From Octopus sinensis (taxonomy: Eukaryota), in the NCBI RefSeq assembly GCF_006345805.1, contig NC_042997.1:55490001-55554000 (forward strand): a stretch of 64,000 bases of DNA. Reading direction: 5' to 3'. Position 1 is the stretch's first letter; every line of letters begins with the position of its first letter. Made by a program: the position numbers and the translations under genes. Shown piece after piece: positions 1 to 13,527 of this stretch. Below the pieces are notes generated by a model. It saw only the letters and a list, made by a program, of their open reading frames with translations, was not told the origin of the DNA and did not search any database.

Positions 1-480
1 GCCTCTGCTTCGTGTTCATACCGCTTTTCCGTATTTTGAATCCACACACTAATTTAACATCCCTAGGCATTCTTTAAAACCATCGTGTCCTTTCCTGCAG
101 ATTCTACATTTACTGTTTGACAGAGTTTTGCCAATATTTGTCTTTAGCAGATTTGTTCAAACGGTTTGTTCCTGAGTGGCTATAATTAGCGGTTCAGTCT
201 CTCCTTTCAAGTTCCAATCTGTCAACCAGAACCAGCGTTCTTACTTCCGACATGCTCCGTTTGTTGCATGAATTAACCATGCAATTACATTTCTTTCCAT
301 TTTCTTGTTCTGTCGTTCTTCCTTTTTATTTTTCTTGAAATTCTACTGTTTCAGCCACTTTTGAGGTATGTCTGGCTGCTGATAGTATACTTTCTTTATT
401 CTGCATAACATAATTTTTCAGACCTAGTACTGCAGTATTAACAGTGTTTCAATAATGGCGTGGCCCATATTATCATTATT
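1..480 (-). mobile_element. 5'-truncated R4/Dong-like RLE non-LTR retrotransposon fragment (post-RT region and CCHC finger), running off the window start
   Basis: Minus-strand translation reads RWFWLTDWNLKGETEPLIIATQEQTV*TNLLKTNIGKTLSNSKCRICR, matching the R4-clade 'LK.ETE..I.A.QEQ...KCR.C' region. It has stops and frameshifts and begins beside a short AAT tract at ~470-484. Confidence 0.8.
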
Positions 481-775
481 ATTCTTTTCTCTCTTTTTCT
501 TTTTTTTTTTTTTACCAGTTACAAAATTGAAAACTGATGATGTCATTCTATCAAAATAGGAACGCAGGATTTCCTCGTTTATATTTTGAATTTCTATGTT
601 TCAGCAGTTTTTTGTCGTTTTACATTTTGAACTTGAACAGGACAGACGATCTGTGGAAATATTGTTCACACCGTTAAATAAACAATCTATTACAAATCGC
701 ACCGCGCTCTTCTTATTGTCAATTTACCTTCGTGAAGAGTTACGTCAATCTTTATAGAATATTACTATTATTATT

Positions 776-990
776 AAGGCGATGAGCTGGCAGAATAGTT
801 AGCTCGCTGGGCAAAATGCTTAGTGGCATTTCGTCCGTCTTTACGTTGTGAGTTCAAATTCCGCCCTGTCGACTTTGCCTTTCATCCTTTCGGAGTCGAT
901 AAATTATGTACCAGTTGTTTAGTGGGGTCGATGTAATTGACTTAACCCATCCCCCCAAATTTCAGGCCTTGTGCCTATAGTAGAAAGGAT
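776..990 (+). mobile_element. tRNA-derived SINE (AGGCG..GAGCTGGCAGAA family)
   Basis: A-box-like GAGCTGGCAGAATAG, B-box GAGTTCAAATTCC and central block GTCGACTTTGCCTTTCATCCTTTCGGAGTCGATAAA (Meta/MESC-like from memory, not searched). Related copies at 13528 and 43910; both flanks are TTA-rich. Confidence 0.9.
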
Positions 991-1004
991 TCTTATTATT
1001 ATTT

Positions 1005-2325
1005 CTTTTTATATCAACGTACCATGCTATCTGTTCTTTTCAACTATCTAATACTTTCCTGATTATTCTGGCCGTGTCAAGGAGACAAACCTTTTGTAAC
1101 ATTTCTACTGGGCACTCTATTCCGATTTCTTTTATATTCCTCTTGCCTTCTGATACTGTCACCAAGGACCCGACAATAATTGGCACTATCTTCTCGTTCT
1201 TCATTTTCCATAGCCGGGCAATTTCGTATTTAAGAGGGTTGTATTTATCTATTTTTCGTCTTCCTTCTTGACTATCAACTGTTTAGCACATGTGATGCAT
1301 GTTGTCGACCACCACTAGATTCAGTCTGTTATGCTCTAACACCTGATCTGTTTGGATTTGGAAATCCCAGAGGAATTTACAAGTCTCCGACCCCGTCACT
1401 CTCTGCTCTTTGTGCTTATGTCACATCTTGATAATTAGATAATTAGCTTTCTTTCGTTCCACGGCTCCTCTTTCTGTCCAATAGGTAGCAGGCAACTATA
1501 CAGTTCACAGGCCAAAACACCTGACAATATTTTCCACTTTAGCGAAAGACACGTTATTAGTTGAATGTTGGATGCAACATTACCCTTTTCAATTTCCTTG
1601 GTACATAACAATGTCTTACCTTTTGTCATCCAGCTGGGTACTGCGCTTCCTGCAAGCACTCACCTAGCAGTTGCGCTATCCTTTCATGAAGCACTCTCAG
1701 CTTCTTCATTCAATAACCTTGGACCTCATCCGGTCCTGGGCTCTTCCAATATAGGAATTCCCTTAACACCTTTTGTAAAATCATTTCTGTAGTTATTTTT
1801 ATGTTGTCTTGGCCTTGTATATTTCTTAACCTATCTTGGATTTCATGCAGCCACTTCGCTTCAGCATTATGCTTTACAGGCTGGTCCCAGATCCCTCCCC
1901 AGAATGACCTGCTTTCCTCTGTATCTGGAGTCGTTGTTACGTGTAATTACCCATCTAGTTCCTGAAACAGTTTTTCTTGATTTGCTTTAAACAATCCGTT
2001 TTGCCTGAATTATTTTGTTTTATTGTCATACCGTTCCAGTTTTGCTTTGATTGCTACTACACTTTGTTTCAATTATTCCAATATCACATCATACCCTTTT
2101 TTCCAGTCTTATTCTTATGCTTTCGTTTTGCAATTCCCCTCTTTTCAATCTATTAACTTGTCCTAAATGTCTTTTTAACTTAGCTCGTTTCTCACCAATT
2201 CGTCTACGCCAGAATGGTTCTTTACGTTCTGTTTGTTCTCCTCTTTTGTATCCAACTCTGTCTGCAATAACCATAGCTGCAGCCCAAATAAGCTGGTTAG
2301 TTTCAGTTATATTTCTCGTCTGGAA

Positions 2326-2330
<5 letters not shown>
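1005..2330 (-). mobile_element. R4/Dong-like LINE, 5'-truncated and internally deleted
   Basis: Minus strand gives EPFWRRRIGEK..., RQNGLFKANQEKLFQELDG, WKSPGPDEVQGY, PSWMTKGKTLLC, then jumps at ~1430 to CKFLWDFQIQTDQVLEHNR and ends ...VPIIVGSL...LQKVCLLDTARIIRKVLDS* (RLE domain). The 5' junction abuts (ATT)n at 2330-2360. Confidence 0.9.
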
Positions 2331-2359
<29 letters not shown>

Positions 2360-3140
2360 GTTTGATTTAAGTCCTTAAATAAGTTGAAGTGCTCTTGTCT
2401 GTAACTATCAACTTACTTGACATTCATATTATATGTAATGATATGAACATCATCATCATTATATAGACTATATTTATAAGTATTGGACTTATTTAACAAA
2501 TGTAAACTATAACAATAATAAGAAATGTAAACTATAACAATAAGTTTCAGTAGAAATCAACGCTGCCTATTCATTTCCCTATTCATTGAAACAAACTTTT
2601 TCATTACCCAAAAAGCATTATCGACAGCAAGTAATATTCCTAAATTTATGATTATATTAATGTGCAAATCATTAAGTGAGAATGAAATTTAATACACTTC
2701 TAGGGGAAAAAATTGGCCACGGATGAGGGGAATTTAATTATGTCAAATTGCTTAAATTTATATAATTTTGTTTTTTACTTGAATTATTGAACAGGTGAGG
2801 TCGATGCGACGGAGGGTGTGATTTAATGTGCTGCGCAAATATTTGATCACTATAAAGCAAATCACCTGCGCAGGTTGTTCAGCAAGTAAATGAGGAACTT
2901 TCACCTGCCGTCTACGACAGGATAGTCCGCGAAAAAGTATAGTTGATATACTATATGGTTATTTCATAGCGGTAAATTTTTTGCTTCTTTAATTCTAATA
3001 ATAATCTTGTCTATGATTGAATTACTTATACCGAATAAAACTCTTTCGTTTGGATTTATTAATCTACAAGATAATAACAAATTTTGTTTTTGGATTTGGT
3101 TTGCAAGATTCTCTATATGAGTTCGTGTGTTGAAGCATAT

Positions 3141-3300
3141 TCTGTTTTGTCTGGGGAGAGTCATTTTCTTTATAGAAAAAGTTGCAGGACGCAACAAAAA
3201 TTTTAGGAAAATAAAAATAAGAAATAAGTGGAAATTTTACCCGTGAGTGTGTTACATTATAAGGCACAAAAAGAAAATGACTCTCCCCAGATACAACAGA
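3141..3300. repeat. Short inverted repeat / MITE-like hairpin
   Basis: CTGGGGAGAGTCATTTTCTTT (3151-3171) is the perfect reverse complement of AAAGAAAATGACTCTCCCCAG (3270-3290), with a spacer of ~98 bp. Confidence 0.75.
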
Positions 3301-4989
3301 ACAAATTTTGGAATGTGGCTCTTAAGCTTAAAGTGAGGTATGACTAAAACCTAAATATTAAAATTTGTCATTTTATCGAACTATGTAGCTATTTACTTAG
3401 CTTCTAACTTGCAAGTTTTAATATAAGCATTTATTTGGTCATACCACTGCAGCAAGGGAGCGGTTTACGTTTCGAATGCAGAAAGTATATTGCTCGATGT
3501 TTTCCTTTCTTTGGTAAGACTTGTAGATATTTTATATGAGTACATAATATTATGTTTTTTGAGCGATCCTCCGTTTTAGCTAATTAATCGGCCTAAACTG
3601 AACTCTGCCATATTTACTGAGTATTCTCACTAATTCGTTTTGCCTCACAGAATAATTCTCAGTACCGCTGTGAAGTTTTCATTCACTTACGTACTCTCTC
3701 TATCTTTTTCTTTCACTTGTACAGTGTATGTAAATGTGTGTGTGAGAATACTGATTTGTGTATGTGTGTGTGAGAATACTGATTTGTGTATGTGAATGTA
3801 AGAATACGGATTTGTATATGTGAGTGTGTGTGTGGTTGAGAAAGTGAAATGGAAACTATAAACAGCATTCATTTGGAAGTCGGTATGAATATAAATAAAC
3901 AAAAAGATAAACACACACGTACTCTCAACTGCGTTTGCACATACTCAATTAACGATTTTGTCCATACAAAAAGAAAAAAAGTACATTTTCAAACGTAATG
4001 TAGTTGAAAAAAGTATTTTTCGTCATCTTTTTTTAAACATTGGTTATCGGTACGAAATAAGTTACGTGAGAGTTCAGTTATTGTCGAAAAGCCTATGTAT
4101 ATTGAATGCATTATATTAAAAGCAACACTTCCTGCTGTGGTTTCTTAAACTTAATAACGTTATGCCTTTCAAGACTCTGTGGTGTCTACGATGCCCATTC
4201 GCTCAATCTTTGTATTTGCACCAAGTAATTTGGTATTTATTCTAAGAAAGATATTTCCTACGGGAAAGAAGAATTCTTTTGGGTGACACATCATTATCTA
4301 AGAAGTAAAAGATATCAACACTTACACAGATAGGTAGAAATCGTGACGGGCATTTACATTGCTGAGGGACCTTAATCTATCTACGCGGCAAGACTTGGGT
4401 GTCTTACTATTGTTCACTTCGATGTGTGAGTTGATAAGGAAAATGTACCACCTATTGTTAGTTTATATGCAAGAAAACTAATCACCAGCCTGACCTCAAT
4501 ATCAGATTACACATGGTTTGTGTGTGCATATTTTTGCTATTCGTTTGATTGTAGTTCGATGTTTTCTTTTTCTTTTCTTTATTTTTTTTGTTTTTATCAT
4601 CAGCTATTGTCTCTGTATCGACTTCATTCTACAGCGTTCCACAATGTTGTAATTTGAATGAAGTGGTTTGACTCCCACTGCGATTTGGTAGTTGTTGCCC
4701 TAGTGCTCGAACTCACGTACATATCTGGTAATGAGAGACTTAACCTTTCACCCTTTTAGAAAGTGTAAAACTAATGAGATTTTTTTTCTTTTGAGGGGAG
4801 AATAGGTAAAAGAAGAGCAAGAAAATGTAAAAGAACAATAAAAATGACGAAAGAGTGTAGATATATAAGAGATAAGTGAAGATATGTGGAGAGAGGTGTT
4901 TGTAAATTTGTGAAAATATAGTAAAATCCGGTTGATATTCATGAAATAGTAAATATGAATTCAATACAGAGAAGGCGTTTGCCGTATAA

Positions 4990-5160
4990 ACTGCTCTTGA
5001 TATAGGCACCAATACCTTAAACTTAGAAAGTGGGCGTTGATCGAATACATCGACCCCTGTACATAACTGGTATTTTATCTTAGCCACTCTGGCGGAAGGA
5101 AAAAACCCTATACATTCAGAGCTAGAAGTACGGCGAAACATTTTGCCTGATATTCTAATA
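4990..5160 (-). mobile_element. Degenerate tRNA-SINE copy
   Basis: ATCGACCCCTGTACATAACTGGTATTTTAT matches the reverse complement of the central and 3' block of the 776 family. Confidence 0.6.
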
Positions 5161-5776
5161 CAGTTTTTCTTTAAGTGGGATGTATGCCCCACTTGCAGGG
5201 CGTGGTTAAGTTCAGAATAGCGCGTGTGCATAGTGCCGTTAAATCCTGCTATAATGTTGGATGTATAAACGCTATAAACACTGAGTCCCTTCATAACTGA
5301 GTGCAGTTTTTTGCTTTTTTATATATAATCGAAGTGGGTTGTGGAATAGAAAACTGCACTGCCAATCCACCACCTCGTAATGGAAAAGTAAACAATGATA
5401 TTACTAATGGTATATATCTAAGTACACGACCAAACATTTCTTGCGTAGATTATTAGACATAAATTGGCCCCACTACGTTTATGTTATCGAACATGGAATT
5501 TGTAGATAGACTTGTTTTAGATGATGATGAACATTCAGTTTCGCTTTCATTTAATAGTTAATCATTTGTGTGTCTTTTGAATTCTGGGCCTACTTTTACT
5601 ACCTCAATCGGCACACCGTTCTCTATGTCTTTCACCAAGCCAATCATTAGGTCTATCGGAAAGTTACTGGTGCTCTGATCAATAGATATGGTTCTATTGT
5701 TATTTGTGAAAAACTTGAGAAAGATTTGAATAGAGGGGTTAGAGTTATTGAGAGAGAGAGAGGGAGAGAGAGAGAA

Positions 5777-5811
<35 letters not shown>

Positions 5812-6899
5812 GAAATTACTAACTATCGCTCTTTCAATAAGCAAACTTGAAACCTTATTTTTACAGCATTCCCTACATGAGAAAGATTTTAATCAAAACG
5901 GCTATAAAATTATCCAATGAGAGATAGTAACAGATTAACCAATCACAGTACTCGTTAAATTTAGTTAAACGGGTGTAGTGGATATGGTAGGCAATGGAAA
6001 ACGATATAAATCATATAAGGCAATCTAACTTTCACTCGTTAATGGGTATCACGACCAGTCAGGCAATATCAAGCAGACGCATATTATGTGGGCTATTGCC
6101 TGAACATCTAAGTGCGATATACTGAGTTCCCCGTGATAGTCTTAATTTTAGGTGAATTTTGTGTAATTGTATCACTGACCGATGTTCAATTTGTGATTAT
6201 GCAACACGCAACATTTTGTCTTCTGTGGGGTTTCTTCTACTTTGCAGTTTCAGTGTTGTAGAAATGTCGTATACTTATTTTGCCTACCGATTGTATCGAA
6301 TATTCAAGTTGATATGTCTAACGGTCGGTTGTATACTCTGTGCATCTATGGTAGGCGTAAGAAGGAATAGCATAAATAAAATACCGAGTATATCCTCCTG
6401 GGATGGCCACATATCTTGAGGAGAACTGCATTAATATACGAATAATAGATACACACTTGTACACCCAAATATATACGTAATTATGTGTATGCAAGTATGA
6501 ATATTGTTTGTGAGTCTATAATTTTATAGGTGTCAGTATGTGTAGCGATATGAATACATGTATATATGTGTATACCTTTTTTTAAGCAATAGGAACGTGT
6601 ACATACATATCAATATGTGTGAATGTGATTGTAGATATGAATTATTTAAAAACAGATGCTCGCAAACCAAATGATCTGCGTGAATTACACAGCACTCCCT
6701 CTGTCTGAATGCCAGCGAGATGAATAAAATATCAAAGCACTCAATAGAACTAACCTTTCTGCTAGGATATAATGACGTAAATATTCTCCTTGCTACTTTA
6801 ATTCCTACAAAGGTTTTACCCTTGTTATTTCACCCAAGAGTAAAGAGTCTGAAGCAAATGTGTTTGTACTTTAAATACAATGAACACGAGTAACAACGA

Positions 6900-7689
6900 C
6901 AACGACGCCAGCACTAGTTTCATGCAACTTTCTACGGCACCATCAGGTGCGCATCCCCGTTTCTGAGGTGTGTGCAGCATCGTCACTTGGGGATGTAGAA
7001 TTTTTGCTTGCGGCTCTATAAGTTTTTGTAGTAAATTTTTTTGCCTTGTTTCTCGTGTCATTTAGTGTTTCGTATTTCTGTCGTGTAGATTTTGTGTAAC
7101 AATCTGCTATTCTATCAGGGGTGATGGTGTTTCACATTTACAATTTGCGTCTGCATTATGCTAAGTGCTTTAATGTCATGTGGTTATTGTGGAGAGTATG
7201 TGCAATATGGGATGTGATGTGTTATTGAATGTCATCTGCGTAGAATGTATCTCTGTGTAGTTCGCTTTATAGTATGGGATTTAAGTTATGTAAGAATATG
7301 CTGTGTGGTAATATAGGTTGGTTACTGTTTTGAGTATTTGCAGTGTGAGTTGTTTTATACTGTTTGGTGTCGATTTTCTGGAGTATATTATGGAATGGGT
7401 GATAATTGTGTAAGGTATGTGTTCTGTGTAGGATACTTCGAGTATAATATGTGTTGTGCTATCGAATATAAGGAGCCTTGAATGGCATGTGATCTGTACC
7501 AACAAGGGTATATTTCTTTTAACTATATGGAAAGTTATGAACTCTGCTATGGTTTTCATTTCTCTCTTCATCTGAAAGGGCGAAAGCCAAAGACGATGTT
7601 GGCGATATTTGAATACAGAACAAATGTAAATTGAGATTTTAGCCAACGTTCTAATGACCGTGCGTTTTGATGCCTCACTTAAAATCACA

Positions 7690-7700
<11 letters not shown>
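6900..7700 (-). mobile_element. Highly decayed APE-type LINE reverse-transcriptase fragment
   Basis: Minus-strand TFYADDIQ motif at ~7230-7250, in A/C-skewed LINE-like sequence with many stops. Clade not determined. Confidence 0.45.
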
Positions 7701-7740
<40 letters not shown>

Positions 7741-7927
7741 TTTCTTACTTGTTACAGTCATTGAACTATGGTCAAGCTGGGACACTGTCTTCAAGTATCT
7801 TTGTCGAACAGTTTAACCCCAGAATTTAATATTTTTAAAATTTGGTACTCATTTTATCGAACCACTGAGTTAGGGGTATATGAACAAACCAACACCAGTT
7901 GTCAAGCGGAGAACACAGACATAAAGG

Positions 7928-8013
<86 letters not shown>

Positions 8014-8924
8014 CACACACACACACTCAGTCACATATTCATATAATCATTTTATGTAATTAAAAAAGATTAACATGTTTTAATATACTGCTTAACACCT
8101 CTGCTCTTACCTCGTTAAAACATTTTTATACGTATATCAACACATTTTGTAACAGCTCTGTATGCATTTTTTATTAACAAAATTGTATCTTGTAGCAGAA
8201 AAAATGAAAAAAATTGTAATTATTATTACTGATTATGTTGTTTTTGATGGTTTGGTTATTGTTATTGTTCGTGATGGTGATGATGATGATGATTATGATG
8301 ATATTATTGTTTGTATTCATAATTCTTCCCTGTTTTCGCGAACTCCGAAGACTTCGATTATTATCATAAAGTTATTGAATGAAATGTGCTACCTTTTCGG
8401 GTTATTTCACAATGGAAGCCTATTCAGAATGCCCACCGGGCTCTCTAAATGGGCTTTAGCCGGCAAAAATAATTAGGTTGGTTTTCTTAAACATAATAAA
8501 TTTTTGCGAACCTTCTTGACGCAGCGTAGCAAAACAACGTCCACAGCAATAAATAAAGAACATTCAACAAATGAATAACAGGACACGACTTACAAAGAAA
8601 TAACACGAAAAGAAAGAAATTGAAGTAGCAGTTTTAAATGCATAGACGTGCATATCTCAAAAAAACCTCAAACCTTGATTACTATTCCATTGATATTATT
8701 AACGGAAAGACACAAAATGAGGACTGGGCGATATTGCAAGTAATAAATATTATGATTCTGGGTGCACACAGACTGAGCGAAAATAGAAACAGAAATATTT
8801 CTGAAGACGATTGTTCTGTTTGTATTGCTAGGACAACTGAAAACTGGACATGACAAACTAACGCGTAAGCAAGTAGCATAAAAAGGATAAAGATCCTTCC
8901 TGAGTCATGGAGACTCATAAAGCC

Positions 8925-9590
8925 GACTTCCCGTATTCTCTCGTGTATATATTACACACCCTGAACGGGACGCCGGTCCGTCGCAGTAATACTCATTCTT
9001 GCCAACTGGAGTAACATGAAATGAAGTGTTGGATCTTTTCGGTTTGAACGTTAGTTTTTTCTAGCGGTGTCATATGAAATTATCACCCATAATTATGACC
9101 CTAGTATCGATCTATTGCATTTCAATCTGTTTTAGGGTTAAGGTTAGTTAGGGTTAGGGGAAGGGTATAATTTTTTCTTCACAAATGTAAATAAACCCAA
9201 TCTGTTTCTTAAACGAGGGACATATTCATACGGCACAGAATGTTTTCACCTCAATAGACGTCATTGATTGGTTGAAATTGCAGAAATTGAAGAAAAAACA
9301 ACAAATATCTTACAAACTATAGAATTTTCTCAATAAAGCCAAGAGAAAAAGATGTTTTATAAACACACTCTACCAGTATACGAAGTTTAAAAGGGTTTAG
9401 TTACGTGGAAATTATTTTAAAAAACTGCCGGTCAAACCGAAAAGATCCGAAGTGTTTTACTCAGGATCATGAAATGAAGTGTTTTACTCGAGATCAAGAA
9501 CACAACGCAGAGTCCGGTCCAGAAATCGAAACCACAGTCTTACGACCATGAGTTCTACACTATTCTCACTAAGCCACGCGCCTCCACCAT
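8925..9590 (-). mobile_element. tRNA-SINE interrupted by a MITE
   Basis: Minus-strand head GTGGAGGCGCGTGGCTTAGTG...GGTTTCGATTTCTGGACC at 9510-9590 and 3' part GACGGACCGGCGTCCCGTTCAGGG at 8960-8985, split by the 9031-9448 insert. Confidence 0.75.
9031..9448. mobile_element. 418-bp MITE with ~30-bp TIRs and 8-bp TSD
   Basis: TIRs GGATCTTTTCGGTTTGAAC... and ...GTCAAACCGAAAAGATCC; TSD GAAGTGTT at 9023-9030 and 9449-9456; internal TTAGGG-like repeats at ~9132-9160. Confidence 0.92.
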
Positions 9591-11149
9591 AAGCAAGTAG
9601 TATGACAGCGTTATTTGAAACTAGGCAGCTCCTCGTGACTTGAACAGTATACAAACGAATATCAGTTGCATCCACTATTCTATATTATGAAGAAGAATAG
9701 TTGATAACTAATCAATCTGAATACTGAATATTTTGCTGATAAACTTCAGGTTTTTAGTTTAGTTTTTGGTTTCTTTATAATGTCTAATTACAGGCTAGGT
9801 AAAACAGACGATTAAAAACCGAAGGAAATGTTGAAAACCTTACCTTAAAGGTGTTAGGGGTGATTCTTGTTTGAAGTAAAGGATAACTTTTTAACGCAAG
9901 CATATTTGTGAAAGTAACTGTTGTTTTGAAAATTCCCATAGAATATGTTTACTAACTTTTATATAAACAATTTATTTTATTATTTTATCTATATATTTTA
10001 TTGTATTTATTTATTTATTTGGATATTGCTTGTATACATTTGTCGAAATTTTCATTAATTTATATTTTCTAGGCTCATCAGCAAAGATTTTACAAATAGG
10101 AACAAACATGTAATCTATTCAATGCTGGAACTGTTTATATTTTCGATAAAATTCTTGTAAATGTTTTCTTTTAAATATTTTCACAATATTCTCAATATTT
10201 CTGAGAATTCTCCAGAGGAATATAATGAGAAACGTATCTTCGTTACTAGAGAAAATCGGGAATTTAAAGATTAAACAAGAAGTGCAGCAGTTGAAGGAAC
10301 AGCTTCTAACCCTATCCTCACAAAAACAGTGGGAAGAACAAAGCGATCTGTAGCACGAGCAGTAATTGACAATGCTGCTTGTCAAGCAGATCAGCAAAAT
10401 GATCAGTGTCGGCACAAATGTGGAAATAACTCAAGCAGCGGTACCACATGCAGCAACAACCACTTTAGTACTAAAAGATAAAGCAACACCGCAGATATCT
10501 CTGGAAAACAGGCGAGCTAACAAATTATCCTCTTGGCGTTTAATCGAACTTTCTAGGAATAACAGCCAAATTTCTCTCAAATCGCATTTCTCTCAAATAG
10601 TAAAATTAACAAATACTTCATTTTTAATGGGCATTAAATGTATATTGGATGCTTAAATCTACAAAATACGTGTTAGTTACTTGTTACTTTTTTTGTCATT
10701 TTTCGCTTATTAAATACTTAAAACACATGACATATGAAGTGGCCGTAAAATCATAGCTATATAGGCTTTAAATCACCCACCAACATTATTTTGTTTAGTT
10801 TGTGTATAATCGTTTGAATTCCTATGTGTAGAATACAAATTCGCAAAAATTTTCTGAAAATTCTTCAAAATAATTTATATGTCGTGCGTAAAGCAGAATT
10901 TCACCAATATTTCATTTGTTTACAGTTTCATACGTGTTAATTTCGGAATATTGATAACACATGCTGTCACATACAAAATGATAGCTTTCAAATCCTGTTT
11001 TGTGGATGAGTAAAATGTACCTGTAACTATTTAAAAAAAATTTCAGAAAATATTGAGATTCAGCATGGAAAATTACATCAATACACAAAGTTTTAAAATT
11101 GTCACTATATTTTAAAATTTCCGCAGGTGCAGCCAACCAGAAAAGATTA

Positions 11150-11800
11150 AAAAATGAAAAAGGAATTTGACAGGGAATAATATACCATGTTAATGCAATC
11201 GTTGCTAAAAATAATTTTATTAATTTTATTAATCGAAATAATAACCTGTAGAATCTACACAATTTTGTAAACAAGAACCAAGGTTCATTATTCCGACAGT
11301 GTAGAATTCTGGAGTCCTAAAATCAACGAAATCTTCGAAAATATTTTGAGCTGCTACTTCGTTGTTGAAGACCTTTGTCATTATGACACTTGGGAAAGCG
11401 GTAGCTTCTTGGAGAAAGGTGTGAGACGTAAACCTGGTGAGGTAGATAGCGTGGTCCAGTTAGTTCAATTTCTGGACAGTCAATTGTAAAATGCATGGTC
11501 AGATGTTGTCACAGAAAAGAACTAGTCGTCTTCAAATGACCATTGTTCGATGTAAATGTGGTTTTTGATGCATTTCCTCAAATTTCTGGCAATGCATCAC
11601 TATTGTGGTAGTTTTGTTAGGTTCTAACAAATAATAATAGACGTTTACACTTGCCAGCCCCCAAACAGTGGCCATCAGATTCTTTTGATGCAGCTTTGGT
11701 TTAGGAAAGTATTTCGGTGCTATAACTTTATCCCGTAACTGCGCAGTACATTGGATATTGTATGTGCAGAAAAGAAACAACAAACAAAACAAAGGACTGA
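11150..11800 (-). pseudogene. mariner (Tc1/mariner) transposase remnant, catalytic-domain C-terminal half
   Basis: PKYFPKPKLHQKNLMATVW...LEPNKTTT...CQKFEEMHQK, a decayed YSPDLSP-like block, and FNNEVAAQNIFEDFVDFRTPEFY...GYYFD* ending near 11225. Confidence 0.88.
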
Positions 11801-13026
11801 CCCCTGTATATCACTAAAGCTATACTTACCGACTCCAAAAGAGTAAAATGCTAAACGTTGACTTCAGTACAATATGAACTGAAGCAAGGCAGAGCTGAAA
11901 CGAATACTGCAAGGTATTATAAGCGACACCTTATCGGACTCTTTAATTCGGTGAAAGACACGAAAAAGAACATAACGTATAACACTTGGTACAGAACCTG
12001 TCGTATTTATGTGTGTGTGTGTGCACATATGTGCACATTTGCATACATACACAAGCACTCACATACATGCATACGCACTTGTACATATGTACGTTTGCGT
12101 CTGTGTGCATGAGCGTATATGCATGTAAATACGTATATATACATGTGTACCTGCATGAGTCTGTGCGCGCGCTCGTTCATTTGTGCTTGCTTTTCACTTC
12201 TTGGCAACTGATGATGGTTTGTTACTTAGCTGTCCGGCAAAAAGATGGGATAACATAAGTGCCCAACTTACAAAAGGAAAGAAGAAAAAGTTAAAGAGTA
12301 AAAGAATAAGATTAAAACCAAGCGCTTTGTCCTTGAACGATTTTGTGCTCTATTATATTTTCATTGTCGCTATTGCAGATGCAGTTTTCTACAAGTTTAT
12401 ATAGTTGAACATGCTGCGCATGCACCGAGAGTCCGTTCATTCCGCCAACATGTCGATATCTGGGAGTCATAAAAAAAGAGTAATTTTCCATGGCTGTCTT
12501 TTGACTTATGGGTGACTTGACACACAGGCATTAAGTATGCAAGCACCCTTGCCTTGTGTGTATATATGTGCGTGTGTCTGTGTTTTCTTGTCTTTCTTTT
12601 AAGTTATTTTACCTTATAGTGTCCGTTACTAAAACCCTATAGATCCTCAATCATACTAAGCTCAATCAGTCACAGTTAAACTATGTCACATTGATGCAGT
12701 TAAATGAGACCGAATCAAGACCGAAGTCATCACAGTTTCGATAAAGATCAGAATCATTCTCCAATGCTTTCTTAGTTCGTGTTTTTTTATCCTCATGCTG
12801 CTCTGTATTAGTTGCTTGCAAAATGTGAGTTCCGGCAAATAATTTCATAATTGCTATAAATTACTATTTCTTTAATAAATCAAATTTTATTTATAAATTA
12901 ATAAAAGAATACTTTGACAAATTAAACTTACACTACCAAATATACTAGTGCACATGTGATCTAATTAGAAAGAAGTTGCACAAAGGTTTCCGAGTAGCAT
13001 TTTGCAGTAATTACACACACATTGCT

Positions 13027-13390
13027 GCAGGCGTGGCTGTGTAGTTAAGAAGTTTGTTTCGCAACCACATGTTTTCAAGTTCAGTCCTACAGCACGGTCC
13101 CTCAGGCAAGTGTCTTCTAGTCTCAGGCCGATCAATGTCTTATGAATTAATTTGGTTGACGGAAACTGTATGCATGGACGTGGGTGTATGTGTGTGTGTG
13201 TGTGAGCGCGCATCTTTGTGTTTGTATTCTCACTGTTTAACCACCGGTGTTGGTTTGTTTAGATCATTGTAAAACGTAAATGGAATTAAAAAAAGAAGTG
13301 CTGGGATCGATTTGCTCGGCACCCTTCAAGACGACGCTTCAGTATGAACATAGTCTTCTGACAAGTGAAACAAGTAAAAAAATAAAAGAC
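13027..13390 (+). mobile_element. tRNA/CORE-type SINE, diverged
   Basis: GGCGTGGCTGTGTAGTTAAG head, GGCAAGTGTCTTCT CORE-like block, internal (TG)n and GAAACAAGTAAAA tail; same family as 37210-37620. Confidence 0.85.
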
Positions 13391-13527
13391 TATGTAGGTA
13401 TATGCACAAATTAGTAATTCACACTAAATAATAGATAATTAGTTAACAATTAAAATATGCTTTCAGTGGCTACTTGGCTATATAGACAATGTTTCTCATG
13501 CATTTGATTGACTATATATTTCGTTGA

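Noticed and set aside
3737-3815. 28-bp unit repeated about three times
   Set aside because: Ordinary (TG)-derived minisatellite with no further structure.
4740-5294. 184-aa minus-strand ORF
   Set aside because: It spans a degenerate SINE and low-complexity T-rich sequence and has no domain signature.
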